Part shown: positions 25,450 to 38,346 of the stretch, in pieces
How the letters are laid out: each line of letters opens with the position of its first letter
Position numbering within the stretch: the stretch's first letter is position 1
Assembly: GCA_951406725.2 (NCBI GenBank)
Contig: OX597817.1
Span: 57,598,001-57,662,000 of the forward strand
Source of the DNA: Octopus vulgaris
Lineage: Eukaryota
DNA: 64,000 nt
Reading direction: 5' to 3'
Translations under genes and position numbers: made by a program
Notes under the pieces: generated by a model
Databases searched by the model: none
What the model saw: only the letters and a program-made list of their open reading frames with translations
Told to the model about the DNA's origin: nothing

Positions 25450-28400
25450 CCATCATCATCATCATCATTTAACGTCCGCTTTCCATGCTAGCATGGGTTG
25501 GACGGTTCAACTGGGGTCTGGGGAGCCCGAAGGCTGCACCAGGCCAGTCAGATCTGGCAGTGTTTCTACAGCTGGATGCCCTTCCTAACGCCAACCACTC
25601 CGAGAGTGTAGTGGGTGATTTTATGTGCCACCGACACAGGTGCCAGACGAGGCTGGCGAACGGCCACGCTCGGATGGTGTTTTTATGTGCCACCGACACA
25701 GGTGCCAGACGAGGCTGGCGAACGGCCACGCTCGGATGGTGTTTTTATGTGCCACCGACACAGGTGCCAGACGAGGCTGACGAACGGCCACGATCGGATG
25801 GTGTTTCTTACGTGCCCACAGCACGGAGGCCAGTCGATGCGGTACTGGCTACGGCCACGTTCGGAGAGTTTTCTTGTGTGCCACCGGCACTGGTACCACA
25901 AAGATACAAATTCCATTGATGTTCATCTATTTTGATTTGATTTGATTTGATTTTCACTTGCCTCAACAGGTCTTCACAAGTGTCACAAGAAGGAAGGAAG
26001 GTATGCACAGGTGAACTGACAACGTCCCAGGTAGGGGCCACGGGTTATGGCCTGACTAGTCTTGCCGGGTCTTCGGATGATGTTTTTATGTGTCTCCGAC
26101 ACAGGTGCCAGATGGATGGTGTTTGTTACGTGCCCACAGCACGGAGGCCAGTCGATGCGGTACTGGCTACGGCCACGTTCGGATGGTTTTCTTGTGTGCC
26201 ACCGGCACTGGTACCACAAAGATACAAATTCCATTGATGTTCATCTATTTTGATTTGATTTGATTTGATTTGATCACTTGTCTCAACAGGTCTTCACAAG
26301 TGTCACAAGAAGGAAGGTATGCACAGGTGGACTGACTACGTCCCAAGTAGAGGCCACGGGTTATGGCCTGACTAGTCTTGCCGGGTCTTTGGATGGTGCT
26401 TTTATGTGCCACCGACACAGGTGCCAGACGAGGCTGGCGAACGGCCACGCTCAGATGGTGTTTTTATGTGCCACCGACACAGGTGCCAGACGAGGCTGAC
26501 GAACAGCCACGATCGGATTGTGTTTCTTACGTGCCCACAGCACGGAGGCCAGTCGATGCGGTACTGGCTACGGCCACGTTCGGATAGTTTTCTTGTGTGC
26601 CACCGGCACTGGTACCACAAAGATACAAATTCCATTGATGTTCATCTATTTTGATTTGATTTGATTTGATTTTCACTTGCCTCAACAGGTCTTCACAAGT
26701 GTCACAAGAAGGAAGGAAGGTATGCACAGGTGAACTGACAACGTCCCAGGTAGGGGCCACGGGTTATGGCCTGACTAGTCTTGCCGGGTCTTCGGATGAT
26801 GTTTTTATGTGTCTCCGACACAGGTGCCAGATGGATGGTGTTTGTTACGTGCCCACAGCACGGAGGCCAGTCGATGCGGTACTGGCTACGGCCACGTTCG
26901 GATGGTTTTCTTGTGTGCCACCGGCACTGGTACCACAAAGATACAAATTCCATTGATGTTCATCTATTTTGATTTGATTTGATTTGATTTGATCACTTGT
27001 CTCAACAGGTCTTCACAAGTGTCACAAGAAGGAAGGTATGCACAGGTGGACTGACTACGTCCCAAGTAGAGGCCACAGGTTATGGCCTGACTAGTCTTGC
27101 CGGGTCTTCGGATGGTGCTTTTATGTGCCACCGACACAGGTGCCAGATGAGGCTGGCGAACGGCCACGATCGGATGGTGTTTGTTATGAGCCCACAGCAC
27201 AGAGGCCAGTCGATGCGGTACTGGCTACGGCCATGTTCGGATGGTTATCTTGTGTGCCACCGGCCCTGGTACCACATCATCATCATCATCATCATTTAGC
27301 GTCCGTTTTCCATGCTAGCATGGGTTGGACGGTTCTGTGGGGTCTGTGAAGCCAGAAGGCTTCATCAGGCCCAGTCAAATCTGGCAGTGTTTCTACGGCT
27401 GGATGCCCTTCCTAACGCCAACCACTCCGTGAGTGTAGTGGGTGCTTTTTACGTGCCACCCGCACTGGTGCCAGCCAGAGCTGGCAAACGGCCACGAACG
27501 GATGGTGTTTTTTATGTGCCACCGGCACGAGCGCCAGGCGAGGCTGGCAACGAACACGAAATGGGGCGGTGCTGGCAACGGTCGCGAAACGGAAGGTTCT
27601 CTTACATGCCACCGGCACTGGTAACACATCTGCAATTTCCATTGATCGATTTCCATTGATCGATTTCGATTCTGATCCTCACTTGCCTCAATGGGTCTTC
27701 ACAAGCAGAGTTTCGACATGCCACCGGCACTGGTAGCACATCCGCAATTTCCATTGATCGATTTCGATTCTGATCCCCACTTGCCTCAACACGTCTTCAC
27801 AAGTAGAGTTTTGTGTCCCAAGAAGGGAAGGTATGCATACGTAGGCTGGCTCCATCCCATGTAGAAGGCCACGGGTTGTGGACTCACTTGTCCTGCCGGG
27901 TCTTCTCGCGCACAGCACACTTCCAGAGGTCTCGGTCTCTAGTCATTTCCTCGGTGAGACCTAAAGTTCGAAGGTCGTGCTTCACCACCTCGTCCCAGGT
28001 TTTCCTGGGTCTGCCTCTTCCACAGGTTCCCTCAACCGCTAGGGTGTGGCACTTTTTCACACAACTATCTTCATCCATTCTCGCCACATGACCATACCAG
28101 CGCAAACGTCTCTCTTGCACACCACAACTGATGCTTCTTAGGTCCAGCTTTTCTCTCAAGGTACTTACACTCTGCCGAGTGTGAGTACTGGCATTACACA
28201 TCCATCGGAGCATACTGGCTTCATTTCTAGCGAGCTTACGCATATCCTCAGCAGTCACGGCCCATGTTTCACTGCCATGTAGCATGGCTGTTCGTACACA
28301 CGCATCATACAGTCTGCCTTTCACTCTGTGCGAGAGGCCTTTTGTCACCAGCAGAGGTAAGAGCTCTCTGAACTTTGCCCAAGCTATTCTTACTCTAGCA

Positions 28401-29340
28401 GTTACACTTTCAGCACACCCGCCCCCGCTGCTGACTTGGTCACCTAGGTAACGGAAACTATCAACTATTTCTAGTTTTTCTCCCTGGAAAGTGACAGAAG
28501 TTGGTCTCAGAGCATTTTCAGTGTTTATTGTTCCTGAGCATCTGCCACATACAAAAACCATACAAAACAAAGATACAAATTCCATTGATGTTCATCTATT
28601 TTGATTTGTTTTGATTTGATCACTTGCCTCAACAGGTCTTCACAAGTGTCACAAGAAGGAAGGTATGCACAGGCGGACTGACTACGTCCCAGGTAGGGGC
28701 CACGGGTTATGGCCTGACTAGTCTTGCCGGGTCTTCAGATGGTGTTTTTATGTGCCACCGACACAGGTGCCTGATGAGGCTGGCGAACGGACATGATCGG
28801 ATGGTGTTTGTTACGTGCCCACAGCACGAAGGCCAGTCGATGCGGTACTGGCTACGGCCACGTTCGGATTGTTTTCTTGTGTGCCACCGGCACTGGTACC
28901 ATAAAGATACAAATTCCATTGATGTTCATCTATTTTATTTTGATTTTCATTTTCACTTGCCTCAAAAGGTCTTCACAAGTGTCACAAGAAGGAAGGTATG
29001 CACAGGTGGACTGACTACGTCCCAGGTTGGGGCCACGGATTATGGCCTGACTAGTCTTGCCGGGTCTTCGGATGGTGTTTTTATGTGCCACCGACACAGG
29101 TGCCTAGTCTTGCCGGGTCTTCGGATGGTGTTTTTATGTGCCACCGACACAGGTGCCGGATGAGGCTGGCGAACAGCCACGATCGGATGGTGTTTGTTAC
29201 GTGCCCACAGCACGGAGGCCAGTCGATGCAGTACTGGCTACAGCCACGTTCGGATGGTTTTCTTGTGTGCCACCGGCACTGGTACCACAAAGATACAAAT
29301 TCCATTGATATTCATCTATTTCGATTTGTTTTGATTTTTT
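25450..29340 (-). repeat. Tandem array derived from the RTE LINE 3'UTR (~60-bp sub-repeats, larger ~300-400-bp modules and a 719-bp higher-order duplication)
   Basis: Identical ORF translations offset by 719 bp (25947/26666, 25983/26702, 26062/26781); repeated GGATGGTGTTTTTATGTGCCACCGACACAGGTGCCAGACGAGGCTGGCGAACGGCCACG units; starts with a (CAT)n tail at 25450. Confidence 0.9.
27275..28566 (-). mobile_element. Young 5'-truncated RTE-clade LINE nested in the array (uninterrupted ORF C-terminus 27884-28560, ~600-bp 3'UTR, (ATG)n tail)
   Basis: VDSFRYLGD...RIAWAKFRELLPLL...LYDACVRTAMLHGSETW...RLRWYGHVARM...RGRPRKTW RTE motifs; array sequence GGTACC|ACAAAGATAC resumes on both sides. Confidence 0.92.
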
Positions 29341-29429
29341 TTGATTTTCTTTTTTTTTTTTTTTTTTTTTTTTCATGCATATAAATATTATGCATGGCTG
29401 TTTGTAAGAAGCTTGCCTCCCAACCATAT

Positions 29430-30552
29430 AATAATAATAATAATAATAATTGTGTACAGTGCTCAGGTGCACTACAACTCATCTAAAGTGTATATATAAT
29501 CAGGTGAAGTTTCGGCGGATTTCGGGAAGCATGAGGGCCTTAAAAGATGCAGTGTCATGGCAGTCAACAACTGACGCAGGCAGTTTATTCCATGCTTCAG
29601 CAACTCTGAGCGTGAAAAAATGTTTCCGAAAGTCATGGGAGCTGTGTTGTTTTCTGACTTTGTAGGCATGTCCACGTGTGTTAGACACATGGAGATCAAA
29701 AAGGTGTTCAGTGTTGTTGTTGGTGAGGTGGTTGATAACTTTGTGGGTGTTTACCAAGTCCGTCGCCAAACGCCGGAGCTTCAGTGAATCCATGCCCAGG
29801 GAAACAAGGCGCTCAGAATATGGTAGGTGTCTGATGGAGGGTATGCGTTTGGTTGCACGTCTCTGGACAGATTCCAGGAGGTCAATGTTCTGTGCAAGAT
29901 AGGGGTTCCAAACTGATGATGCGAATTCCAAGTGTGGTCGTACCATAGCTGTATACAGTTTTAAATAGATGGCTGGAGAGCGGCTAACAAAAGACCTGCT
30001 GAGTGATGCCAAGACACCCTCGGCCTTCCTGACAATCTTAGAGATATGCTTTGACCAACGCAAATCACTGCTGACAGTGATGCCTAGGTCACGCTCGCAA
30101 GAGGATTTCTTGATATCAGTGTTGTGGAGGGAGTATGTGAACGCAGGGTTTTTTCTCCCAAAATGCATGGTGGTACACTTGTCCACAGCCAGTTTCAGTT
30201 GCCAGTCTGTGATCCATTGCTGCATTGTGTCTAGGTCTGATTGCAGGAAAGAGTTGTAGACATCAGGATCTGTCCTCTTGATTTCAAGGTACAGCTTGAT
30301 GTCGTCTGCATATTTCAATACTGTGGCATTCTTTAAATTGGCATCTATGTCGTTAATGTATGCCACAAACAAGAGGGGGCCAAGGACAGATCCCTGTGGT
30401 ACACCCGATGACATCTCATATGGTGTAGAGTGCTGTCCTAGAACTGTGACTACCTCCTTTCGGCTGAGGATGAAGGATTTCAACCAGTTAAAAAGGTCAT
30501 CCCCCACACCCATTGCAGAGAGTTTCACCATAAGCCTTTTGTGTGGCACAGA
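29430..30552 (-). mobile_element. Young 5'-truncated CR1/L2-group LINE with uninterrupted 349-aa RT fragment and (TAT)n tail, inserted into a family A SINE
   Basis: DSVPHKRL, SGVPQGSVLGPLLFVAYINDI, KYADDIKLY, RDLGITV, VRPHLEFASSVWNP motifs; SINE halves at 29390-29428 and 30553-30658. Confidence 0.93.
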
Positions 30553-31597
30553 GTTGGTTCAGGGTTCAGCCCATTGCGTGGAACCTTGGGCAAGTGTCTT
30601 CTACTATAACCTCGGGCCAGTGGATTTGGTAAGTGGAAACTGAAAGAAGCCTGTCGTATATATATATAGTGGGGTGAGCTGGCAGAATTGTTAGCATGCT
30701 GGGCAAAATGCTTAGTGATATTTCGTCTGGTGTTATGTTCTGAGTTCAAATTCCGCCAAGGTCGACTTTGCCCTTCATCCTTTTGGGATAGATTAAATAT
30801 ATACCAGTTATGCACTGAGGTCGATGCAATCAACTTCATCCCTTTGTCCTTGTTTGTCACCTCTAAGTTTAGCCCTCTGTGGGCAATAAAGAAATATATA
30901 TATATATATATATATGTGTTTGGAACTCAGCATTATTGGATGTTCCAAATGCATTTGGATGTCTAAGTGGAAGGGATCATCAGGGGAACGCTTTATTGCA
31001 TTCTTCTACTTAATATCTGAAGTCAGACACATGGTGAAGTAATTTAGAAGTAAATTATTTAGGCTTTTTTCTGTGTGTGTGTAGGTGCAGGTGTGGCTGT
31101 GAGGTTAAGAAGTTTGCTTTGCAATCATGCAGTTTTAGGTTCAGTCCCACCATGGAGCACCTTGAGCAAATGTCTTCTATAGCCTTGGGCCAACCCATGT
31201 CTTATGAGTGGATTTGGTAGATGGAAACTGTGTGGAAGGCCATCATGAGTGTGTGGGGGGCCAGTACAAAGAATGGAAAAGAGGAAAAAGCTTATTGAGA
31301 AGGAAAGCCAAACCCAAGAGAAAGCATGCAGAACTAGTAAAAGAAGGAGCCACGAAGTTCATTCTATTGGTTTGTGAAAGAATGAGAGGAGACAACACAT
31401 GAAAGATAGATTGTTGGGGAAAATCTGGCAGAAATATCTGTGATTTCAGTAGGATGTGGACCCCTTCTTAGTCACCCTACAGGATCATTTGTAATGGATA
31501 TTTCTGGATGGCAGGGATACAAATGGGGTACTCTGGCTCAAAGTTGTAGCTGAGTCAGTTACCCTCAATGTTTTTTTTTTTTTGCTTTTTAAATTAC

Positions 31598-31768
31598 CAT
31601 ATTTACTCGTGTATAAGTCACACCCTTAATTTAGTGTTAATCTTGGTGCAAAATTTTTTCCCTTCATAATTTTAGCTTTTCCCCAAGTATAATCCACACA
31701 TCAGTTTTTTTTTTTATCGTTAAAATCAAATATAAGACAGTGTGACTTACACAAAAGCAAACATAATA
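31598..31768. mobile_element. Degenerate Tigger/pogo-like MITE
   Basis: CCATATTTACTCGTGTATAAGTCACAC ... GTGTGACTTACACAAAAGCAAACATAA inverted termini. Confidence 0.5.
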
Positions 31769-31846
31769 TATCTTTTGAAATTACTGTATGTTTTTATAAA
31801 TTTCTATAAATGATTTTTATTTATCAATTCTAATATCAAATTTCAG

Positions 31847-31964
31847 GTGGTCATCAATACTTTTTATGATGATTGGACACATAGCTGGAATTTCATCCAC
31901 TAAGGGACTGTACACATCTTTGGGCCCAATGGTAAAGATCTTTCAAACAGGAGCTGTCCTTGAG
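31847..31964 (+). CDS. HACD1/2: HACD exon 2 (WSSILFMMIGHIAGISSTKGLYTSLGPMVKIFQTGAVLE), 118 bp
   Basis: Acceptor tttcag|G, donor GAG|gtaagc; conserved KIFQTxAxLE motif. Confidence 0.95.
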
Positions 31965-32783
31965 GTAAGCTATTACATATCATGAAACTATGAAATTTGT
32001 ATATCTGTTTTCAGTTACACTCAGTCCCCTTTATAAAATATGGGGTATCCTCTATAGTAAGATACCTGTGCTTATCTGTCTATCATATTTTAGCCCCTCA
32101 TCTCACTTGCAAATTACTTGGTGTCGTCACTGGTGCTGGTGGCCTGAGAAAAACACCCAGTACACATTGTAAAGTGGTTGGTGTTAGGAAGGGCATCCAG
32201 CTGAAGAAACCATGCCAAAGCTGAGATAAGAGCTTGGTGCAACCCTGCAGCCTGCCAGATCCTGTCAAACTGTCCAACCCATGCCAGCATAAAAAAAAAT
32301 GGATGTTAAATGATGATGACATATATACACATATTTATACATGTCTGTACTAACATTCCACTGCTGGCTTCTCAATCTTCATAAACCTAAAATTACAACT
32401 AGATGACCGTCAAGTGGAACCAATTCTGGTTGTGGATAAAGAAGACTGTCAGAACAAATTTAGCAATTTTTGGCAAAATATGTACCCTTTTGTCAAGTTA
32501 TAACAAAAAATTAGTGAAATATTTATAATGTTTACAGTTGGATAGATAGACAAATATAACAAAATAATTTGACAAAAAATGTGAATTTTTAATTATTTTC
32601 TGAGATTTTACAAAAGCAACAAAAATATTTGTACTGGCTGCAGTTGGTGGTGCATGTAAAGGCATTTGACATGCATCACATTATTGCAACCATTTTTTCA
32701 CAAAATATTTGTTTGATAGTTTTTATAATTCAATTCTCATGCTTACTTTTGTATTTATTTTTCCTCTTTTTCTCTCCCCTCAG

Positions 32784-32891
32784 GTTTTGCATGTGGCAAT
32801 TGGAATTGTAAAATCCAACTTAAGGATGACGTTTTTCCAGGTCTTCTCTCGTCTCTTTGTTGTGTGGGGCATAATGCAACATGTCCCAGAG
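32784..32891 (+). CDS. HACD1/2: HACD exon 3 (VLHVAIGIVKSNLRMTFFQVFSRLFVVWGIMQHVPE), 108 bp
   Basis: Long polypyrimidine tract then cag|, donor GAG|gtatgg; HxxxGIV and QVxSR motifs of the PTPLA family. Confidence 0.95.
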
Positions 32892-33199
32892 GTATGGCTC
32901 TTCTAATTCTTCTCTGGCATAAATGAACTAATAATGGTTTCAAATTTTGGCACAAGGCTAGCAATTTCAAGGGAGGGGAGAAACCACTTACATCAGCTCC
33001 AGTATGTAACTTGTACTTATTGACCTTGAAAGGATGAAATACAAAGTCAACCCTGGTGGAATTTGAACTCAGAACATACAGTTGGAAGAAATGCAGTGAA
33101 GCATTTTCTCGGGTGCAATAATGATTCTACCATTGTTTCAGTTTATGAGCAATAAATTAGTTCTTCTATAATACACAAAATCTTTTAATAATTTTTTGC

Positions 33200-33578
33200 T
33201 GCTTGCACGTAAAAAGCACCATTCGAGTGTAGTCATTGCCAGAGCTGCCTGACTGGCTCCTGTACCGGTGGCAGGTAAAAAGCACCATTCAAGCATGGTT
33301 GATACCAGTACCGCCTGATTGGCTCCCGTACTGGTGGTATGTAAAAAGCACCATTCAAGCATGGTTGATACCAGTACCGCCTGACTGGCCCTCATGCCGG
33401 TGGCATGTAAAAAGCACCCACTACACTCTCGGAGTGGTTGGCGTTAGGAAGGGCATCCAGCTGCAGAAACCTTGCCAGATCAGACTGGTGTCTGGTTCAA
33501 CCTTCTGACTTTCCAGACCCCAGTCGAATCATCCAACCCATGCCAGCATGGAAAATGGACGTTAAACGATGACGATGA
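33200..33578 (+). mobile_element. RTE 3'UTR fragment (representative; others at ~25-275 -, 4000-4348 +, 8225-8580 -, 18423-18563 -, 24400-24950 -, 32130-32320 +, 36520-37182 +, 40610-40870 +, 59110-59347 +)
   Basis: Shares AAAAAGCACCCACTACACTC..GGTTGGCGTTAGGAAGGGCATCCAGCTG..GGACGTTAAACGATGATG with the 3'UTR of the RTE at 27275-27883. Confidence 0.85.
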
Positions 33579-34051
33579 CAATTCCTAATTATATTTCATC
33601 ATAAGAATATAAAAGGCTTTTTTAAAGCATCAAATGGCTATAGTGTGTGTGTGTGTGGGGGGGTGCATGTCCACCTGAGTAAACTAAGAGTCATAGGGGT
33701 CCATAGGTAAAAATGTGGTTCAGAATCAATGAATTAGTGTGGATGAGGGCTGCAGTTGGTGGTGCATTTGAAGGCATCTGACATGCATCACTGGGGGATG
33801 TTAGTGCACATCTGCAGGTTGTTAGTAGTATATCTGGATACGGAGGAAGCGTGTCTGGAGGTGATTGGTATTGATTTGAAGCTGATCGGTTTCAATCTGG
33901 AGGTGATTTGTGTGCATTTATTGTTGTTCTATTGCTGTGGCTATTGTTATGTTGTTGTGGTGATTGGACTGTTATGTTGTTATGATTGTTGTAATGCTGT
34001 GGTGATTGTTGTTGCTGTAGATAATGATGATGTGTTCTTATTGTTTGACAG

Positions 34052-34173
34052 GCCCAAGAAAATGTTGGTGTCGTGATGTTCCTGGTTGCCTGGGTTATTA
34101 CCGAGATCATCCGTTACACCTATTACTTCTGTATGCTGTTAAGTATGGTGCCCTACTATTTGATGTGGGCCAG
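34052..34173 (+). CDS. HACD1/2: HACD exon 4 (AQENVGVVMFLVAWVITEIIRYTYYFCMLLSMVPYYLMWAR), 122 bp
   Basis: Acceptor tttgacag|, donor AG|gtaatt; conserved AWxxTEIIRYxxY and PYxLxWxR motifs. Confidence 0.95.
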
Positions 34174-34669
34174 GTAATTAAATCCTTTCTTTATTTATTT
34201 CCCTTTGCTAAAGTGAACTTGATATGTTTAAGTGGGATTAACATTAGAAATTAACCAAAGGAAACTGTGAGGTGGAGGAGATGTTAGGGAGGGAGGGAAT
34301 GAGAAATGACTGCAGATGGGAGTTAGATTAAGAAGAGATTAATGTACGGAGTGATGATTATGGATGTGGTGGGATTAAGAAGAATTTAATTAATCTGAGG
34401 CATGGTGGATCAAAAGATGAAGGTAGTAGCAGGGTTCATACAACGAAGAGTCTATTTAATCTGGGGAATGATGGAATGAGGAATAACCATGGAGACGGGT
34501 GGTACTCAGAGTTTAAACTAAGAATTGATCAGCAATTGAGGTTGCAAGATTGACTTAAGCAGAGTTAGAACCAGGTATAATTCTGTCTGTGTTGAGGGTG
34601 TCATAAACTTGTTGCCACATCAAGCATAACTGCAGTTGATGTTGATAACTCCACTGGTGTCCTGTAATG

Positions 34670-34964
34670 CAGTGCTTCTCAAACTATCTGATGTGGCGTA
34701 TGGGCAGTTTTTTTTTTTTTACGTATGTGCCAGAGACCGGTAATATTTCTTAGTAAAATTAATTTATACCAGAAACAATATATATAATGAATGTAATAAA
34801 AGTTGACAATTTTTTTTATCTTATATTTATTTTGTAAACAAATAATACAATATTACGTAAGCGTTTTATAATGATTCTTTCTTTCCTGGAAACTGGCCGC
34901 GAACTGGCAGTTGATGGCTCATGGACCAGCACTGATCCGCGAAGCACCACTTTCTGTAGCACTG
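34670..34964. mobile_element. hAT-like MITE
   Basis: CAGTGCTTCTCAAACT ... ACTTTCTGTAGCACTG imperfect termini; TSD not clear. Confidence 0.5.
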
Positions 34965-35163
34965 TTGTGAACCATGAGAATAGAAAGCTAATCTGTTATT
35001 GTATCGTTCATTTGTTCTGTCCATTGTAGTTTTTAGAGGAATAGCAGTTTCCTCTAAATAAAGAAAACCATTTGTTTTCTTTGTTTTTTTCTCATTAGTG
35101 TAAACAAAAATTCAGTTAAAATTGAATTTTCTATATTTTATGTATTTATGTATCTAAAAGTGA

Positions 35164-35465
35164 AGGTGCATGGCTCAGTGGTTAGAGAATCGAGCTTACG
35201 ATTGTGAGGTTGTGAGTCCGATTCCCGGACCGGGCTGCGTGTTGTGTTCTTGGGCAAGACACTTTATTTCACGTTGCTCCAGTTCACTCAGCTGTAGAAA
35301 TGAGTTGTGACATCCCTTGGATAACATTGGTGGCATGGAGAGGGGAGGCTGGTATGCATTGGGAAACTGCTGGTCTTCCACAAATAACCTTGCCTGGACT
35401 TGTGCCTTGGAAGGGAACTTTCTAGGTGCAATCCCATGGTCATTCATGACCGAAGGGGATCTCCT
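35164..35465 (+). mobile_element. tRNA-derived CORE-like SINE (a different tRNA-SINE lies at 4371-4660)
   Basis: TGGCTCAGTGGTTAGAG A-box, GAGTCCGATTCCC B-box, CTTGGGCAAGACACTT...CAGTTCACTCAGCTGTAGAAATGAG core. Confidence 0.75.
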
Positions 35466-36077
35466 CCATGTATCTAAAAGATTCGTTACCCCAACTGTAG
35501 ACATGCTTTCACACACACACACACGTCAAGTCTGGTGATTGCTTGACTGGCTGAAACTTCAAAGTTATTGTCAACAACATTCTTGTTTAAGGATAATAAA
35601 TTTGTACTCTACAGAACTACGGAGTAACCCATCAGTTTAATGTTAACCCTTTAAGTCCCTGAGTTCTTAAATCTTTGAATATTACTTTTAAATTTTTACA
35701 GATGATTGAGAATAGGTTAAAATGAAAAAAAATAATTATTAAAACTCCTTTACTTCAAGTTGAAATGGAAATAGTCGGTGTCCTATTTATAGGACAATGG
35801 GACTTGATGGGGGAAACTGTTTTTATTATAACTGAACATAAAAACAAATATTAACACACACACACAAATTAATTTATAAATTTGCCTGAAAGCTGTGTGT
35901 ACCCACAGGCAAAAATTAGTAATGTTTAACATGGTATTGAGTACTGTTCGAAATGTTGACACTTAACGTGTGCTTTATATATATATTTGTATGTATATAT
36001 TATAGGATATTTAATTTTAGCCAAAATTTATGATGATGGTTTAATTTTCATCCTATTCCTTCAACGAATATTATTAA

Positions 36078-36300
36078 CTCTTTAGCATTTAAACCAGCCA
36101 AATCTGGCCAAAATATTCTAACCAGTTTCATGTTCAAACTGGCTAGATCTGGTCTCTCACACCTGCCCTGCAATGTCATTCTTAAAATAAACAATCACAT
36201 CATGAAAATCTTGGAGCTACAACATAATGCAAAATTAATTAAAAGTAATCTGATTAAATAAGCTAATTACATTTGGCTGATTAATCTGAATGCTAAAGGG
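36078..36300. mobile_element. piggyBac-like MITE (related copy 44734-44963)
   Basis: TTAA|C(T/C)CTTTAGCATT ... AATGCTAAAGGG|TTAA; TTAA duplication. Confidence 0.75.
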
Positions 36301-37279
36301 TTAAAAACAAAATAAAAAGTAATTAATGGCTTGCTCTGTTCTTCTCTTGACCAAGAAAGACAAATAAAAAGGAAAGTGATCTGACGAATGAAGGACACCA
36401 CAACACCATTGGGTTAGCAATAAGAAATAAATAAATCTCATTGTAATTCCATTTCGGACTGTAATCAGCTTTGGTTATTGGTGAGAGATGGGGCCTGGTT
36501 ATGTGGTGGAATAATTCTATGGCAGACGACCCGGCAGGACAAGTGAGTCCAGCCCACTTATGCATGCCTTTCCTCCCTTGGACACACGAAGACCTGTTGA
36601 GGCAAGCGAAGTCGAAATCGAACCTCATCCGACGACAGGCACCCATGCTAACCTCCCTTCATTGGACACTAAACTCTGCTTGCAAAGACCTGTTGGGGCA
36701 AGTGAAATCGAAATTGAACCAAATCCTATCACTGGCACCCGGCCGTTGCCAGGACCGCTGGACTGACTCCTGTGCAGGTAGCAAGTGAAGAAGCACCATT
36801 TCGACCCTGTGCTTGAGGAGATCCATTGAGTCAAGTACACCAACATCAAAATCAATGGAAACTGCAGTTGTGATTCCTGTGCCGGTGGCACGTAAAAAGC
36901 ACCATCCGAATCGTGGCCAATGCCAGCGCCGCCTTGACTGGCTTCCGTGCCGGTGGCACGTAAGATGCACCAATCCAATTGTGGCCGTTGCCAGCCTTGC
37001 CTGGCACGTAAAAAGCACCCACTACACTCACGGAGTGGTTGGCGTTAGGAAGGGCATCCAGCTGTAGAAACACTGCCAGATCAGACTGGAGCCTGGTGCA
37101 GCCTTCTGGCTTCCCAGATCCCTGGTCGAACCGTCCAGCCCATGCTAGCATGGAGAACGGATGTTAAACGATGATGATGATGAATGTTGGTTTCTTCCTA
37201 GCTGACCAAAGCTAAAAAAAAATGATTCCTCTATCAAAGAAAAACCTTTTAAATAATAATTTTATCATTTTGTATTTCT

Positions 37280-37693
37280 GAAATGAGGAACGTATGTGTT
37301 ATGTAATAAGTTTGAATGCTGTCCTCATCTTGATTTTAGCTTTGGCTACATTTCAGCTGTGTACGTTTAAGCCTTCTCCAGGTGTCTTGTAATTTATCTA
37401 GAGCATTGCTTGGATTTGAACTCAGAACTCTGGGTGACTGCACTGCATTTCAGCACCTTTATCCAATATGCTATGCTCACAGGCAGCGTCAAACTGAGTT
37501 TTTAAGGTTTATAAAGCCCCATCAGTTTGGAGCTGACACTAGACATCAATAGAGGTTTATGAGCCTCAAAAATTCACTCTGACACTGCCTACAGGCATAG
37601 CGTAGTGGATAAAGGTGCTAGTTAATGTAGTACAAGCACTTTGAGGTTCTGAGTTCAACCCTAAGCAGGTTACAAGGGGAATCACAAGACACC
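37280..37693 (-). mobile_element. Penelope-like fold-back element with a decayed hammerhead core
   Basis: Arms ~37381-37520 and 37551-37693; minus strand reads CTGGAGA-AGGC..GCT-GAAA-TGT at the arm end. Confidence 0.5.
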
Positions 37694-38346
37694 CAAAGTA
37701 AAACTTTTTCTTTTGAGGACACCACTCCAACTAATACATAATATAATAATTTTATCATAATTAAATGTCATTAAAGTTCCTTCGTATTTTATAATAATGT
37801 TAATTATCTAATAAAAATTTCAAAAATAATACTTATCAAATAATAATTTCTGTAAATTTTTGTATTTTCTCTTTTTATATAACGAGGAACTTTAAGCTAC
37901 AATTTTTTTTTGTTTTATATATGTACGAGGGGGTGGTGGGGTGTTGAAAATTCCTAGCTTTATGTAAAAGAAAATACAGGAGGATCAGTTAATTATGTTT
38001 TTATTCAACATATTCCCTTCAGATTCACACACTTATTGCAGCAGTCCTACAATTTTTCTAAGCCTTGTAAAAGAACTCGGAAGGTTTAGCCTTCAACCAG
38101 GTCTTTCGCAATACCTTTAAAGCCAGGAATATTTTGGCACCCCTTCATTTATACAGGCATACCTCGGCTTAAGTTGTTCTTGATTATACATTGGTTTTGA
38201 AAAATAATTTATGGAAAAATAAAAATCAAGTCAAGTCATTTTACTCGATTTTACGTCTGTCCGTCACAAATAATGGAATCGTAAAATCCCTAGAAAACCA
38301 TTTTCAGATGACGTAAAAATTGCCACCATTATATACTAAGAAGATA

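Noticed and set aside
25600-29340. CRISPR-like regularly repeated units and the many short ORFs over them
   Set aside because: No unique spacers and no cas genes; eukaryotic context; the units match the RTE 3'UTR.
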